From an uncultured virus (IMG/VR IMGVR_UViG_3300048927_000758) (taxonomy: Duplodnaviria > Heunggongvirae > Uroviricota > Caudoviricetes): DNA of 64,000 nt. The position numbers and the translations under genes were made by a program. Where the stretch lies: IMG/VR virus record IMGVR_UViG_3300048927_000758; one strand, 5' to 3'. The notes beneath the pieces are model-generated. The model saw only the letters and a list, made by a program, of their open reading frames with translations, did no database searches and was not told the DNA's origin. Of the stretch, positions 55,978-64,000 are shown in pieces. Each line of letters begins with the position of its first letter. The first letter of the stretch is position 1.

Positions 55978-57765
55978 ATGGCTAAATACACAGACGAACT
56001 AAAAGACGTTGCACGCGCTTTATATTTACGCCGTGCCACGCCAAAGGAAATTGCTCAGGATTTAAATCTGCCGAATGCGCGGATCATTTATTACTGGGCG
56101 CAAAAAGGGAATTGGGCTGATTTACTCAGCCATGAATCAACAGAGGAAGCCATTGAACGCCGTTACCAATTATTAGTTGGCCGGGACAAAAAAACAGAGC
56201 TGGAATTAAAAGAGATAGATGTGCTGATTGCTCACGCGGTGAAACTGCGTGCGCAGACAAATAAACATAAAGAGAAAATGGCCGCCGCTAAATCTGGCAA
56301 CCAGGGAGGCTATGACAGCCAGGGCGGGAACAGTGACGGCCCAGAGCCGGTGAAGAAACGCAAATATAAGAAAAACGATATCTCCGGGTTATCACAGGAA
56401 GACTTTGACGCTTTCGCAGAGGAACATTTATTCGGCTATCAGAAGCACCTACGCAACAACCTGGCACAGCAGATCAGGAACATCCTGAAAAGCCGCCAGA
56501 TTGGTGCCACCTGGTACTTTGCGATTGAGGCATTCGAAAATGCGGTCATGACCGGCGACCCGCAGATTTTTCTTTCCGCCTCCAAAGCCCAGGCGGAAGT
56601 CTTCCGCTCTTACATCGTCAACATCGCAGAGCAGTATTTCGGCGTTGTGCTGACCGGCAACCCGATCAGATTAAGCAACGGCGCAGAGCTGCGCTTTCTA
56701 TCCACCAACAAAAACACCGCGCAGTCCTACAGCGGCCATTTGTACTGCGACGAATACTTTTGGGTGCCGAACTTCGCCAAGCTTAACGAGGTGGCCAGCG
56801 CAATGGCCACGCACGACCATTGGCGAACCACCTACTTTTCAACGCCCAGCGCCAAAACGCACCAGGCTTATCCTTTCTGGACAGGGGAAGAGTGGAAGCG
56901 CGGCGATAAGAAACGCGAAAAAGTCACCTTTCCAACCTTTGATGAAATGCGCAACGGCGGCCGACTCTGCCCGGATGGCCAGTGGCGGTACATCATCACG
57001 ATGGAAGATGCAATTAAGGGCGGGTTTAACCTGGCCAGCATCGAGAAGCTGCGCAACCGCTACAACCGAGACACGTTCAACATGTTGTATATGTGCGTGT
57101 TTGTGGACAGCAAAGACAGCGTTTTCAAATTCAGTGATCTGGAAATCTGCGGCGTGGACGTGGCCGACTGGCAAGACCATGACCCCAACGCCGAGCGGCC
57201 GTTTGGTAACCGTGAGGTATGGGGAGGCTTTGACCCGGCGCGTTCTGGCGATACCTCCACGTTTGCCATCGTTGCCCCGCCGCTTTATGCCGTGGAGAAA
57301 TTCCGCGTGCTCTGCCTTTTTCACTGGAAAGGGATGAATTTCGCCTATCAGGCAGCGCAGATCAAAAAGCTGTTTGGGAAGTACAACATGACTTACATAG
57401 GCGTTGACGTCACCGGCATTGGCCGGGGCGTATTTGAGCTGATTGAACATTTTGCCCTACGTGAAGCGGTAGCCATTCACTACGGCATGGAAACCAAAAC
57501 CCGGCTGGTGTTGAAGATGATCGACGTAATCGGCGCAAAACGCCTGGAATGGAACAAAGACAACCGGGAAATTGCCGCGTCTTTCTTATCCATCCGACAC
57601 ACCAGCACGGCCAGCGGCAACGCCATGACGTTCAAAGCCGATCGCACAGTGGAAACCGGCCACGCCGATGCCTTTTGGGCAATCGCGCACGCCGTTATTA
57701 ACGAGCCGATCAACTTTGAGCATAAGCGTAAATCTAAATGGAACTTAGGGAAAAAAGCAGCATGA
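55978..57765 (+). CDS. Terminase ATPase subunit (gpP family)
   Basis: LKSRQIGATWYFA, YCDEYFW, GFDPARSGD, GHADAFWA. Confidence 0.95.
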   Translation: MAKYTDELKDVARALYLRRATPKEIAQDLNLPNARIIYYWAQKGNWADLLSHESTEEAIERRYQLLVGRDKKTELELKEIDVLIAHAVKLRAQTNKHKEKMAAAKSGNQGGYDSQGGNSDGPEPVKKRKYKKNDISGLSQEDFDAFAEEHLFGYQKHLRNNLAQQIRNILKSRQIGATWYFAIEAFENAVMTGDPQIFLSASKAQAEVFRSYIVNIAEQYFGVVLTGNPIRLSNGAELRFLSTNKNTAQSYSGHLYCDEYFWVPNFAKLNEVASAMATHDHWRTTYFSTPSAKTHQAYPFWTGEEWKRGDKKREKVTFPTFDEMRNGGRLCPDGQWRYIITMEDAIKGGFNLASIEKLRNRYNRDTFNMLYMCVFVDSKDSVFKFSDLEICGVDVADWQDHDPNAERPFGNREVWGGFDPARSGDTSTFAIVAPPLYAVEKFRVLCLFHWKGMNFAYQAAQIKKLFGKYNMTYIGVDVTGIGRGVFELIEHFALREAVAIHYGMETKTRLVLKMIDVIGAKRLEWNKDNREIAASFLSIRHTSTASGNAMTFKADRTVETGHADAFWAIAHAVINEPINFEHKRKSKWNLGKKAA

Positions 57766-58793
57766 GCAAACACAAGCCCGCCCGCCAGGCAAAGAAAGAA
57801 CAACGAGACAGCAGCAAAAAAATGAGCATCATCAGCATGGGACGCCCGGAACCCATCCTGACCACCGGCACAAATTACCGGGATATCTGGTATGACAATG
57901 AATTCGATCACTACACCCTGCCGATTGACCGCCTGGCACTGGTTCAACTGACGAACTTAAACAGTCAGCACGGCGGCGTGATTTATGCCCGTCACAACAT
58001 GGTGGCATCGGATTATCTGGGCGGCGGTTTAACGCATGAGCAGCTGCGCGGCGGCGTGTTTGATTATTTATCCTGCGGCGACCTGGCCATTCTGAAAGTG
58101 CGTTCGGGCTGGGGTGACGTGGTGGATTTGCTGCCGCTGCCGTCGCTGTATCTGCGCGTGCGTAAAACAGGGGAATTTGTGGTTCTGCAGGACGGCGAAC
58201 CGTTGGTATACAGCCCGGATGATGTGATTTTCCTTAAACAGTACGACCCGCAGCAACAGATTTACGGCCTGCCGGATTATATCAGCGGCATTCACTCGGC
58301 ATTACTCAACAGTGAAGCAACCATTTTCCGCCGCCGCTACTATCACAACGGGGCGCACACCGGGGGGATCATCTACACCAACGACGCGAACATGACCGAT
58401 GAAGTAGAGGAAGAAATTGCGCAGCGACTGGAAAGCAGCAAAGGGATCGGGAACTTCTCCACCATCTTTGTGAACATTCCCCAGGGCGGGGAAAAGGCGA
58501 TCCAGTTTATTCCGGTGGGGGATATCGGCGCGAACGATGAATTCAACAATGTGAAGAACATCAGCGCGCAGGATGTGCTGAACGCCCACCGGTTCCCGGC
58601 TGGCCTGGCGGGCATTATTCCGCAAAATACGGGCGGCTTACCTGACCCGGATAAGTCACGAACGACATACAGAAAGGATGAAGTCATTCCGTTGCAGCGC
58701 ATGATCATGAATGCGGTCAACAGTGACCCGGAAATCCCGTTACATCTGCGGCTTAACTTCGCCTTTGACACAACATCAGAGGATGAAAAATGA
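57762..58793 (+). CDS. Portal protein (PBSX/gpQ family)
   Basis: QQIYGLPDY...FRRRYYHNGAH...AHRFPAGLAG; start trimmed. Confidence 0.94.
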   Translation: MSKHKPARQAKKEQRDSSKKMSIISMGRPEPILTTGTNYRDIWYDNEFDHYTLPIDRLALVQLTNLNSQHGGVIYARHNMVASDYLGGGLTHEQLRGGVFDYLSCGDLAILKVRSGWGDVVDLLPLPSLYLRVRKTGEFVVLQDGEPLVYSPDDVIFLKQYDPQQQIYGLPDYISGIHSALLNSEATIFRRRYYHNGAHTGGIIYTNDANMTDEVEEEIAQRLESSKGIGNFSTIFVNIPQGGEKAIQFIPVGDIGANDEFNNVKNISAQDVLNAHRFPAGLAGIIPQNTGGLPDPDKSRTTYRKDEVIPLQRMIMNAVNSDPEIPLHLRLNFAFDTTSEDEK

Positions 58794-58843
58794 GCCGCAA
58801 CAGGCTAAAATCACGGGGTTATCACTTTCCCGGAGCCAACAAC

Positions 58844-59104
58844 ATGCGCGTGATGAAAGTCATCTGCCCCGAATGCGGTGCGAACTCAGTCATAAAAAAA
58901 ACGTCACGCAAACACCGTCAGATTTCAGACCTATATTGTGCGTGTTCTGACTTTGAGTGTGGCCATACCTTTGTAATGAATATGACCTTTTCACACACCA
59001 TCAGCCCCAGCGCGAAAAGTCAGGGCAGTTTACTGCGTGGCTTAGTGGAATCGTTGAAATCAGACGATAAGCAAATGTTGCTTTCGCTACTGCAACAAGC
59101 CTGA
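58844..59104 (+). CDS. Ogr/Delta-like zinc-finger activator
   Basis: CPECG...LYCACSDFECGHTFV...HTISPS; start trimmed. Confidence 0.87.
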   Translation: MRVMKVICPECGANSVIKKTSRKHRQISDLYCACSDFECGHTFVMNMTFSHTISPSAKSQGSLLRGLVESLKSDDKQMLLSLLQQA

Positions 59105-59138
59105 AAAAAAGCCTCCCATCATAGGAGGCTATTTTTTT
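59105..59138. terminator. Bidirectional terminator
   Basis: AAAAAAAGCCTCC-loop-GGAGGCTATTTTTTT between convergent genes. Confidence 0.8.
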
Positions 59139-59419
59139 CAGTGAAGAGAGGCTTCATAAGAAGCATGATCAATTTCCGCACAACGAACCGTTTGCTGCCC
59201 ATCTTTCATTGAAAAAATGAACAACCACCGCTTTCTTGAGCGAATACCATCAAGTTTAGGACTTAAAAGCTGTATCCTTGCAAAATTGGCAACGCCGTCA
59301 GTTATATCACCGATTTTAAAGGGCAAAGTACGGATATTTACACCTGAAGAGATGGGCGTTACATCTCGGGGATATTGCTCACTGATAATTACCAAGCTTT
59401 CCATTTCGCACATAAGCAC
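59138..59419 (-). CDS. Hypothetical accessory protein
   Basis: 93 aa; AAGGAG lies just upstream of codons near the called start; no recognised motif. Confidence 0.55.
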   Translation of the reverse strand: MLMCEMESLVIISEQYPRDVTPISSGVNIRTLPFKIGDITDGVANFARIQLLSPKLDGIRSRKRWLFIFSMKDGQQTVRCAEIDHASYEASLH

Positions 59420-59508
59420 TCCTTGTTTTATTGGATTGACCGTACAAGAATCACACGAAACTTAATCACTTGCAATCAAGGTTCCTTTAAAAAAATCATA
59501 TTAAACAA

Positions 59509-59688
59509 TTATTTACTTTCTTTATAACGATTCTGAGCTTCTAAATCATTCACAACGTCAGCCATCAATTCAGCAACCCAATCAAAAGCCACTTCTTTAT
59601 CATGCACTTCACACTGATTTAATGAGACCAGGCGAGTTATCAGTTCAATCCGCTCTAACGCTATTGTCTCGATAAAAAAATCCCTCAT
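59509..59688 (-). CDS. tum: Tum-like SOS-inducible antirepressor
   Basis: LERIELITRL....C...DKEVA..W..E pattern shared with 25614-25802; LexA box upstream. Confidence 0.7.
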   Translation of the reverse strand: MRDFFIETIALERIELITRLVSLNQCEVHDKEVAFDWVAELMADVVNDLEAQNRYKESK

Positions 59689-59716
59689 TCCCACGAATCC
59701 CCTCACTAAATATTAA

Positions 59717-59732
59717 CTGTATAAATATACAG
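59717..59732. promoter_or_regulatory. LexA (SOS) box
   Basis: CTGTATAAATATACAG, near consensus. Confidence 0.88.
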
Positions 59733-59794
59733 TATCTCAAATTGTTACAGAATAAAAGCAAACTGAACGTGCTTTTGCGAGTTTTTACCTTGCA

Positions 59795-61951
59795 TTAAAT
59801 ACCTAACGCCTCAAACGCCCGGTTAACGGCATCATTCTGATCGGCCTGCAAAACATGATCATCGGCGCACACCCAGCACACGCCAGGTGAATCGAATGAC
59901 TCATTTACGGGAGTGATAACTTCCCCACACTCCTTGCAATATGCTTTTCGTCGCCTGACCACCAGCCGGTTGCCCTCTAATTGCATTTCTGTTTCCCGAT
60001 CCAGCGGCACGATATTGCCCCTGGCCAGCGCTTTGGCCATCTGGCCAGCATCCTGAGACTGAATACCAATGCCCTTTTTCAACTCGGTGATCGTACTTTG
60101 AGTACAGTTATTGACAGAACTCCAAGGGGCGGCGGTGCCGCCAGGAAAAGCAGCCTCCGCTGCGCTGTCGGCCAACTTCGGAACAATCGCCCATTTGACC
60201 AGGCGCGTTAATACCTCTGATTCCTGACCCGATAACGGCGAATACACCCCCTGAATACGCTGAACGGCTTCCCCGTATTCATTGCCGCATTCCGTGATTT
60301 CATACATCAGGCGCACAACCAGATCACGACGCGCCACCAACGCCCCGCCCTGTGCCTGGGTATAGGATGCCCAGCACCCCACATCCGCCGCAGCCAGCAC
60401 CGCATCCATAGATTTGTTTTCCAAGGTGATATCACGCATGCGGCGCAGCTCACGCCAGACCGTTACCGGCGCACCGCCGATTTGCTGAAACTGACGGATC
60501 CGCCAGCGGCTTGCCCAGGCCGAAACAGCCTTGGACATGTCTTTCAGATTTTCGCCGGTTTCTTCATCCGTTTCACCATCCAGGGCGTAACCGTCGATAT
60601 TTTTAGAAATGTATTTAGCGATATAACCCGTAGCACTGCCCTTTTCTTCGTCGATAGGCTCAACATGAAAACGCGCCTTTAGCGCGTATGCGGATTGCAG
60701 TTCTTCGGAATCTTCACGGCGAGCGTAATAACAGAGAATGTCCCGCACTTCGGCCACGTCAGACGGGCGCATAAACAGCAACATATGCCAGTGCGGCGTC
60801 CCGTCGTGATGCGGTTCGACTACGCGAAAACCAAAGACGTGGATCCCGGCACGGGAAAACGCAGCGCGGGCTTTTGCCCACACTCCACAAAGATATTTTT
60901 GTGTTTGCTGCGGGCTGGCCGCGTTCCACTGAGACACGAACCCGCCCTTGCTGTGCACGGCGTGATATTTTGACGGCGCGGTGATCGTGTAAAACTCTCC
61001 GGCCATCCCCATTTCAGTGGCCAAATCTTCAAACCCACGCATACGAACCATCAGTTCACAGCGACGCTTTGCCGGGTTGGCATTGCTGCCGTCCACCATG
61101 TCAGCCAGGGAAAGACGCTCCCCCGTCTCCTGATTTTGCAGATCACACGATTTAAAAAACTCCCGGTTACGTTTCTTTTGCTCCACCCATTCCCCTTGTG
61201 TGGAACGGCTGACGTAGGCCGATGCCGCCTTTTGCACCTGGCCAACGGCGATGGCCATATGCTCACGTTGCAGATCACGGCGGCGCTTCAACTTAGTACG
61301 CCACCATTCCGGTGCCACCATACGCAATAAACCGGATTCCGCGGTGCCAGTTGTGAAAGTGCGACCTGAAAGAAATTGCTGCCAGTATGGCGGCGTGATA
61401 CCGGCCATTTTGGCCAACTTGCCTAGGTGCTCAAAGGTGGCAAAAGTGCGGCGCGTCATTTCTTTCTGATCAGCAGCTGCGCCGTCAAAAGCCAGATCAA
61501 TAAAATCGGTAAATGACTCAGACATAAAATCAGCGACGCGGTGCGAAAGATTACGCAGTTCATCACGCCCAAAGGTAGGGAGTTTTTCAAGGTCAGCCAG
61601 GAAGGGGAAAGGGATCACCCCCGCAGCCTGGTATTTCGTTGTGTACTGTTCGCAGACATTGCGCAGACGTGGCAATACGCTCTTACCCACCGTAGTGCGT
61701 AAAAACGTATTGGCACGGCGGCGGCCGTTATGGCCACCCTGCAATAATTTGCTGTAGCGATCGCCAAAATAGCGTGCCAAGAAATCCGGCATTTCGCCAA
61801 GATACTCAGCACGCCAATCGTGATCGGCCTTATTGAGATGCCATAACTGCCGCTCAGTCAGGCTGATTTCATCAGGTGCGCCAGGGGCAAATTGCTCTTG
61901 CTGCCACTGGCGGGTTTCATGATGCTGGCCGTTAATTTCAGATGAAATCAT
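59795..61951 (-). CDS. Rolling-circle replication initiator (gpA family)
   Basis: TITAPSKYH, EPHHDGTPHWH, GYIAKYISKNIDG, WASRWRIRQFQ. Confidence 0.94.
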   Translation of the reverse strand: MISSEINGQHHETRQWQQEQFAPGAPDEISLTERQLWHLNKADHDWRAEYLGEMPDFLARYFGDRYSKLLQGGHNGRRRANTFLRTTVGKSVLPRLRNVCEQYTTKYQAAGVIPFPFLADLEKLPTFGRDELRNLSHRVADFMSESFTDFIDLAFDGAAADQKEMTRRTFATFEHLGKLAKMAGITPPYWQQFLSGRTFTTGTAESGLLRMVAPEWWRTKLKRRRDLQREHMAIAVGQVQKAASAYVSRSTQGEWVEQKKRNREFFKSCDLQNQETGERLSLADMVDGSNANPAKRRCELMVRMRGFEDLATEMGMAGEFYTITAPSKYHAVHSKGGFVSQWNAASPQQTQKYLCGVWAKARAAFSRAGIHVFGFRVVEPHHDGTPHWHMLLFMRPSDVAEVRDILCYYARREDSEELQSAYALKARFHVEPIDEEKGSATGYIAKYISKNIDGYALDGETDEETGENLKDMSKAVSAWASRWRIRQFQQIGGAPVTVWRELRRMRDITLENKSMDAVLAAADVGCWASYTQAQGGALVARRDLVVRLMYEITECGNEYGEAVQRIQGVYSPLSGQESEVLTRLVKWAIVPKLADSAAEAAFPGGTAAPWSSVNNCTQSTITELKKGIGIQSQDAGQMAKALARGNIVPLDRETEMQLEGNRLVVRRRKAYCKECGEVITPVNESFDSPGVCWVCADDHVLQADQNDAVNRAFEALGI
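60107..60130 (-). other. Replication origin within rep gene of prophage 2
   Basis: Minus strand GCCCCTTGGAGTTCTGTCAATAAC, variant of the P2 ori. Confidence 0.78.
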
Positions 61952-62637
61952 CGGGCGTTAAACTCAAACACCGCAGTTGCGAATCCTCGCGGTGTAGCAC
62001 TACGAATATTTTTCGTTCGGGTAGATTTACCCCCTAATTTACGGTGCTGGATTGAGTAGCCTGGAGCGCATTCCACAGGTTTTTTTTCTGGGAATACAAA
62101 AGAGTTTCCCGCCCAGATACAGGTTTTTTTGGGGTAAGCATCCCGTGGCATGATGTAATCGGGGTATTCAGGATGAACATCATCCTCAGGGAGATACCCA
62201 CCAAACTCTGAAGGATGGAAAGTGTAATCAGGCTTTCGCCATAACGTTGAAAGCACGCTTACCGGATTTTCAGCCCCCCAAGGGCATCCATATTGATTGG
62301 CAACCTCCTCCACCAGCATGGCCAGCTGAGCTGCATTTTTTTGAATGTCAGGATCAGCAGCAAGTTTCTTGGCAAAATGGCGAGAACCGCTTACCGCAAG
62401 GTGCGTGCATTCAGGGAACCCGAAAACCATGACGACACCTTCCCCGACCATTTCAGCAATTCGCTTCGCCTGCTCTAATTTCTGGTCGGCGTAAAACCAC
62501 ATCCCAACTTTCACATGGTTGCCATCACGCGTTATACCTGCCTCATGCTGGCCGTCGAAACACCAACATTCATAACCAGCATCTAACCAAGGCTTTGCCA
62601 TTAACCCGGTATAGTCATAAAGAAAAATCGCTTTCAT
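61948..62637 (-). CDS. Phage C5-cytosine DNA methyltransferase-like protein
   Basis: Motif I-like FLYDYTG, IV-like FPECT, VI ENPV, KKTCIW, X-like RSATPRGFA. Confidence 0.7.
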   Translation of the reverse strand: MKAIFLYDYTGLMAKPWLDAGYECWCFDGQHEAGITRDGNHVKVGMWFYADQKLEQAKRIAEMVGEGVVMVFGFPECTHLAVSGSRHFAKKLAADPDIQKNAAQLAMLVEEVANQYGCPWGAENPVSVLSTLWRKPDYTFHPSEFGGYLPEDDVHPEYPDYIMPRDAYPKKTCIWAGNSFVFPEKKPVECAPGYSIQHRKLGGKSTRTKNIRSATPRGFATAVFEFNAR

Positions 62638-62909
62638 AGCGCCCATCCCTGACCAGCACGGGCAAATTGCTCTGATTCCTGGCGTAACAGTTCGACTATT
62701 TCAGCAGCGCTAAACCCTTCATTCACAATATGAGTAGCCAGCCGATCCAGACGACCGGAATACTTCACTGCCGCATCAACCATCGATTCTTCTCGGGCGT
62801 TCTTCAACAGGCTAGCCAGGCGATCAGAGTCCTGATAAGCCGGTGATGATTGGTCAAAACCTCGCAGCACTGGCGTGCGCTTCAGGCGGTCATTTCGGGA
62901 TAGATTCAT
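62634..62909 (-). CDS. DUF2732-like early protein
   Basis: LLKNAREE...RLDRLA.HI...ELLRQESE; start trimmed. Confidence 0.68.
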   Translation of the reverse strand: MNLSRNDRLKRTPVLRGFDQSSPAYQDSDRLASLLKNAREESMVDAAVKYSGRLDRLATHIVNEGFSAAEIVELLRQESEQFARAGQGWAL

Positions 62910-62982
62910 GGGACAACTCCAAATTTTGGCAGCAAGAAACCCCGGCAACCAGGCGGAAGCCGTGGGTGTTCGAAAGAATTAA

Positions 62983-63414
62983 TTAATGAAAACTAAGCGG
63001 GGAAATCGTTGTTTCGTATTTTTTAGGCAGCGGTGCAAGCGGTGACAGATTAAGCGCCCCCATGCCGTGCAATTCCTTGGTCGTATCAAACCAGGTGCTG
63101 ATCAGCGCATGAGCATGACCTTGCCCCAAAGAACCGGCCAAAAAATACAGGGCGCGAATGCTGGCCATTGTTTCGACTTGTTCGACCAACGTTTCAGACT
63201 CACGATATGCACGAACCCAAAACGCAGCATTGGCCGCAAACCATTGGTGCGGGTTATCAAGGTGAACCGTGTCATTGAACATGAAAGGCGTCAGCGCAAC
63301 GCGGCCTTTTGACACTTGGCATTTACTCAGGAATAAACGGCTGTAATTGAACTTAACGCCAAAAGCTGCGAATGATTCGATCAAACCAATTTCGTCTACG
63401 GTGATAATTTTCAT
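62983..63414 (-). CDS. Hypothetical early protein
   Basis: GAGGG RBS before MKIITVD; in-operon position. Confidence 0.6.
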   Translation of the reverse strand: MKIITVDEIGLIESFAAFGVKFNYSRLFLSKCQVSKGRVALTPFMFNDTVHLDNPHQWFAANAAFWVRAYRESETLVEQVETMASIRALYFLAGSLGQGHAHALISTWFDTTKELHGMGALNLSPLAPLPKKYETTISPLSFH

Positions 63415-63421
63415 ACTTCCC

Positions 63422-63748
63422 TCAGTGCATCGGATTTGAAATTTTTTGTTCGTCAGCCCGACGGCTAACACTGCAAACAACAACGCCTTTGAAATCCTCC
63501 GGCGTCAGCAAACGGGTTTGTTGCTGCATTTTTCTGACCTTCAAAACGCCCTGCCACAGCGCGATTTTTTCCGCTTCGGTCAAATCGTCCCAGGCACATT
63601 TCACATGGCGCCTTTTCAGCTGGGAGAGGAAACAGAGATCGCGGCGTTCATCTTCTGGAAGATTTTCCCAGTAATGTTTCACCCGGTTTTCAGTGCCTGA
63701 AATCATCTTTCGGGCTTCACCAATCCATTTCGGCAATTGCTGTTCCAC
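63422..63748 (-). CDS. P2-family early protein (DUF5347-like)
   Basis: LCFLSQLKRRHV...DLTEAEK pattern, counterpart of 30430-30738; GTG start inferred. Confidence 0.6.
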   Translation of the reverse strand: MEQQLPKWIGEARKMISGTENRVKHYWENLPEDERRDLCFLSQLKRRHVKCAWDDLTEAEKIALWQGVLKVRKMQQQTRLLTPEDFKGVVVCSVSRRADEQKISNPMH

Positions 63749-63750
63749 GC

Positions 63751-63954
63751 TTACCCCCTTAATCCCATCAGGCGGAACCACCAAGGGCGGCGCTTAATCT
63801 TCACCATCGGGTGACGGCAACCACTTAGAAACGCCACTTTGCTTGCGGCCGGTTGCCAGCGCTGACCGTTTGGCAGTTCAAGCCACCCGTGGCCATAGCT
63901 TTGCAGTTGAGCCGTTGGCGATTGTTGCTTTAATAGTTGTGCAAAAACTTTCAT
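63751..63954 (-). CDS. fil: Fil-like (DUF2724) early protein
   Basis: FAQLLKQQSP...YGHGWLELPNGQRWQP. Confidence 0.75.
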   Translation of the reverse strand: MKVFAQLLKQQSPTAQLQSYGHGWLELPNGQRWQPAASKVAFLSGCRHPMVKIKRRPWWFRLMGLRG

Positions 63955-63963
63955 CGAATAGCC

Positions 63964-64000
63964 TCAATTCATGCCGGGCATGACGCCACATGAACTTAAA
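63964..64000 (-). CDS. Probable 3' end of the prophage 2 cII-like gene (partial)
   Basis: Open frame ...LSSCGVMPGMN* ending just before fil; assignment by synteny only. Confidence 0.4.
   Translation of the reverse strand, partial: LSSCGVMPGMN

Larger units (their letters stand above)
34649..64000. mobile_element. Prophage 2: HP1/K139-like P2-family prophage, continues beyond the window
   Basis: HP1-type order (tail, TMP, lysis, tube, sheath, head, P, Q, ogr, A, early genes); begins at the second att core with a similar terminator. Confidence 0.9.

Overview
Enterobacterial chromosome window. After the host mug gene and an intact tRNA-Ile(CAT) gene (647-723), two P2-family (Peduoviridae-type) prophages sit in tandem at the same tRNA att site. 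Prophage 1 (678-34701, about 34 kb) appears complete and is 186/P2-like: tail, lysis, head, cos, rep A, dam, cII-apl-cI-int, bounded by an exact 53-bp direct repeat of the tRNA 3' half. Prophage 2 (34649 to beyond 64000) has HP1/K139-like gene order and is cut off by the window edge in its early region. Four things stand out. (1) A 3.3-kb accessory block between genes V and S of prophage 1 (GNAT; panB, LysE-family, Lrp-family) is built like a two-cassette array, with repeated 24-bp left/right half-sites and 40-bp terminal inverted repeats, but no dedicated recombinase. (2) An AT-rich three-gene operon (STAS-like/GHKL ATPase, STAS-like DUF4325, PIN nuclease) at the att end of prophage 2 is a candidate phosphorylation-switched defence or toxin system. 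(3) The two otherwise divergent prophages share about 1.7 kb of near-identical tail-fibre sequence. (4) Small translationally coupled ORFs are inserted in conserved structural operons. All product calls come from motif recognition and synteny by eye; no database search was run.
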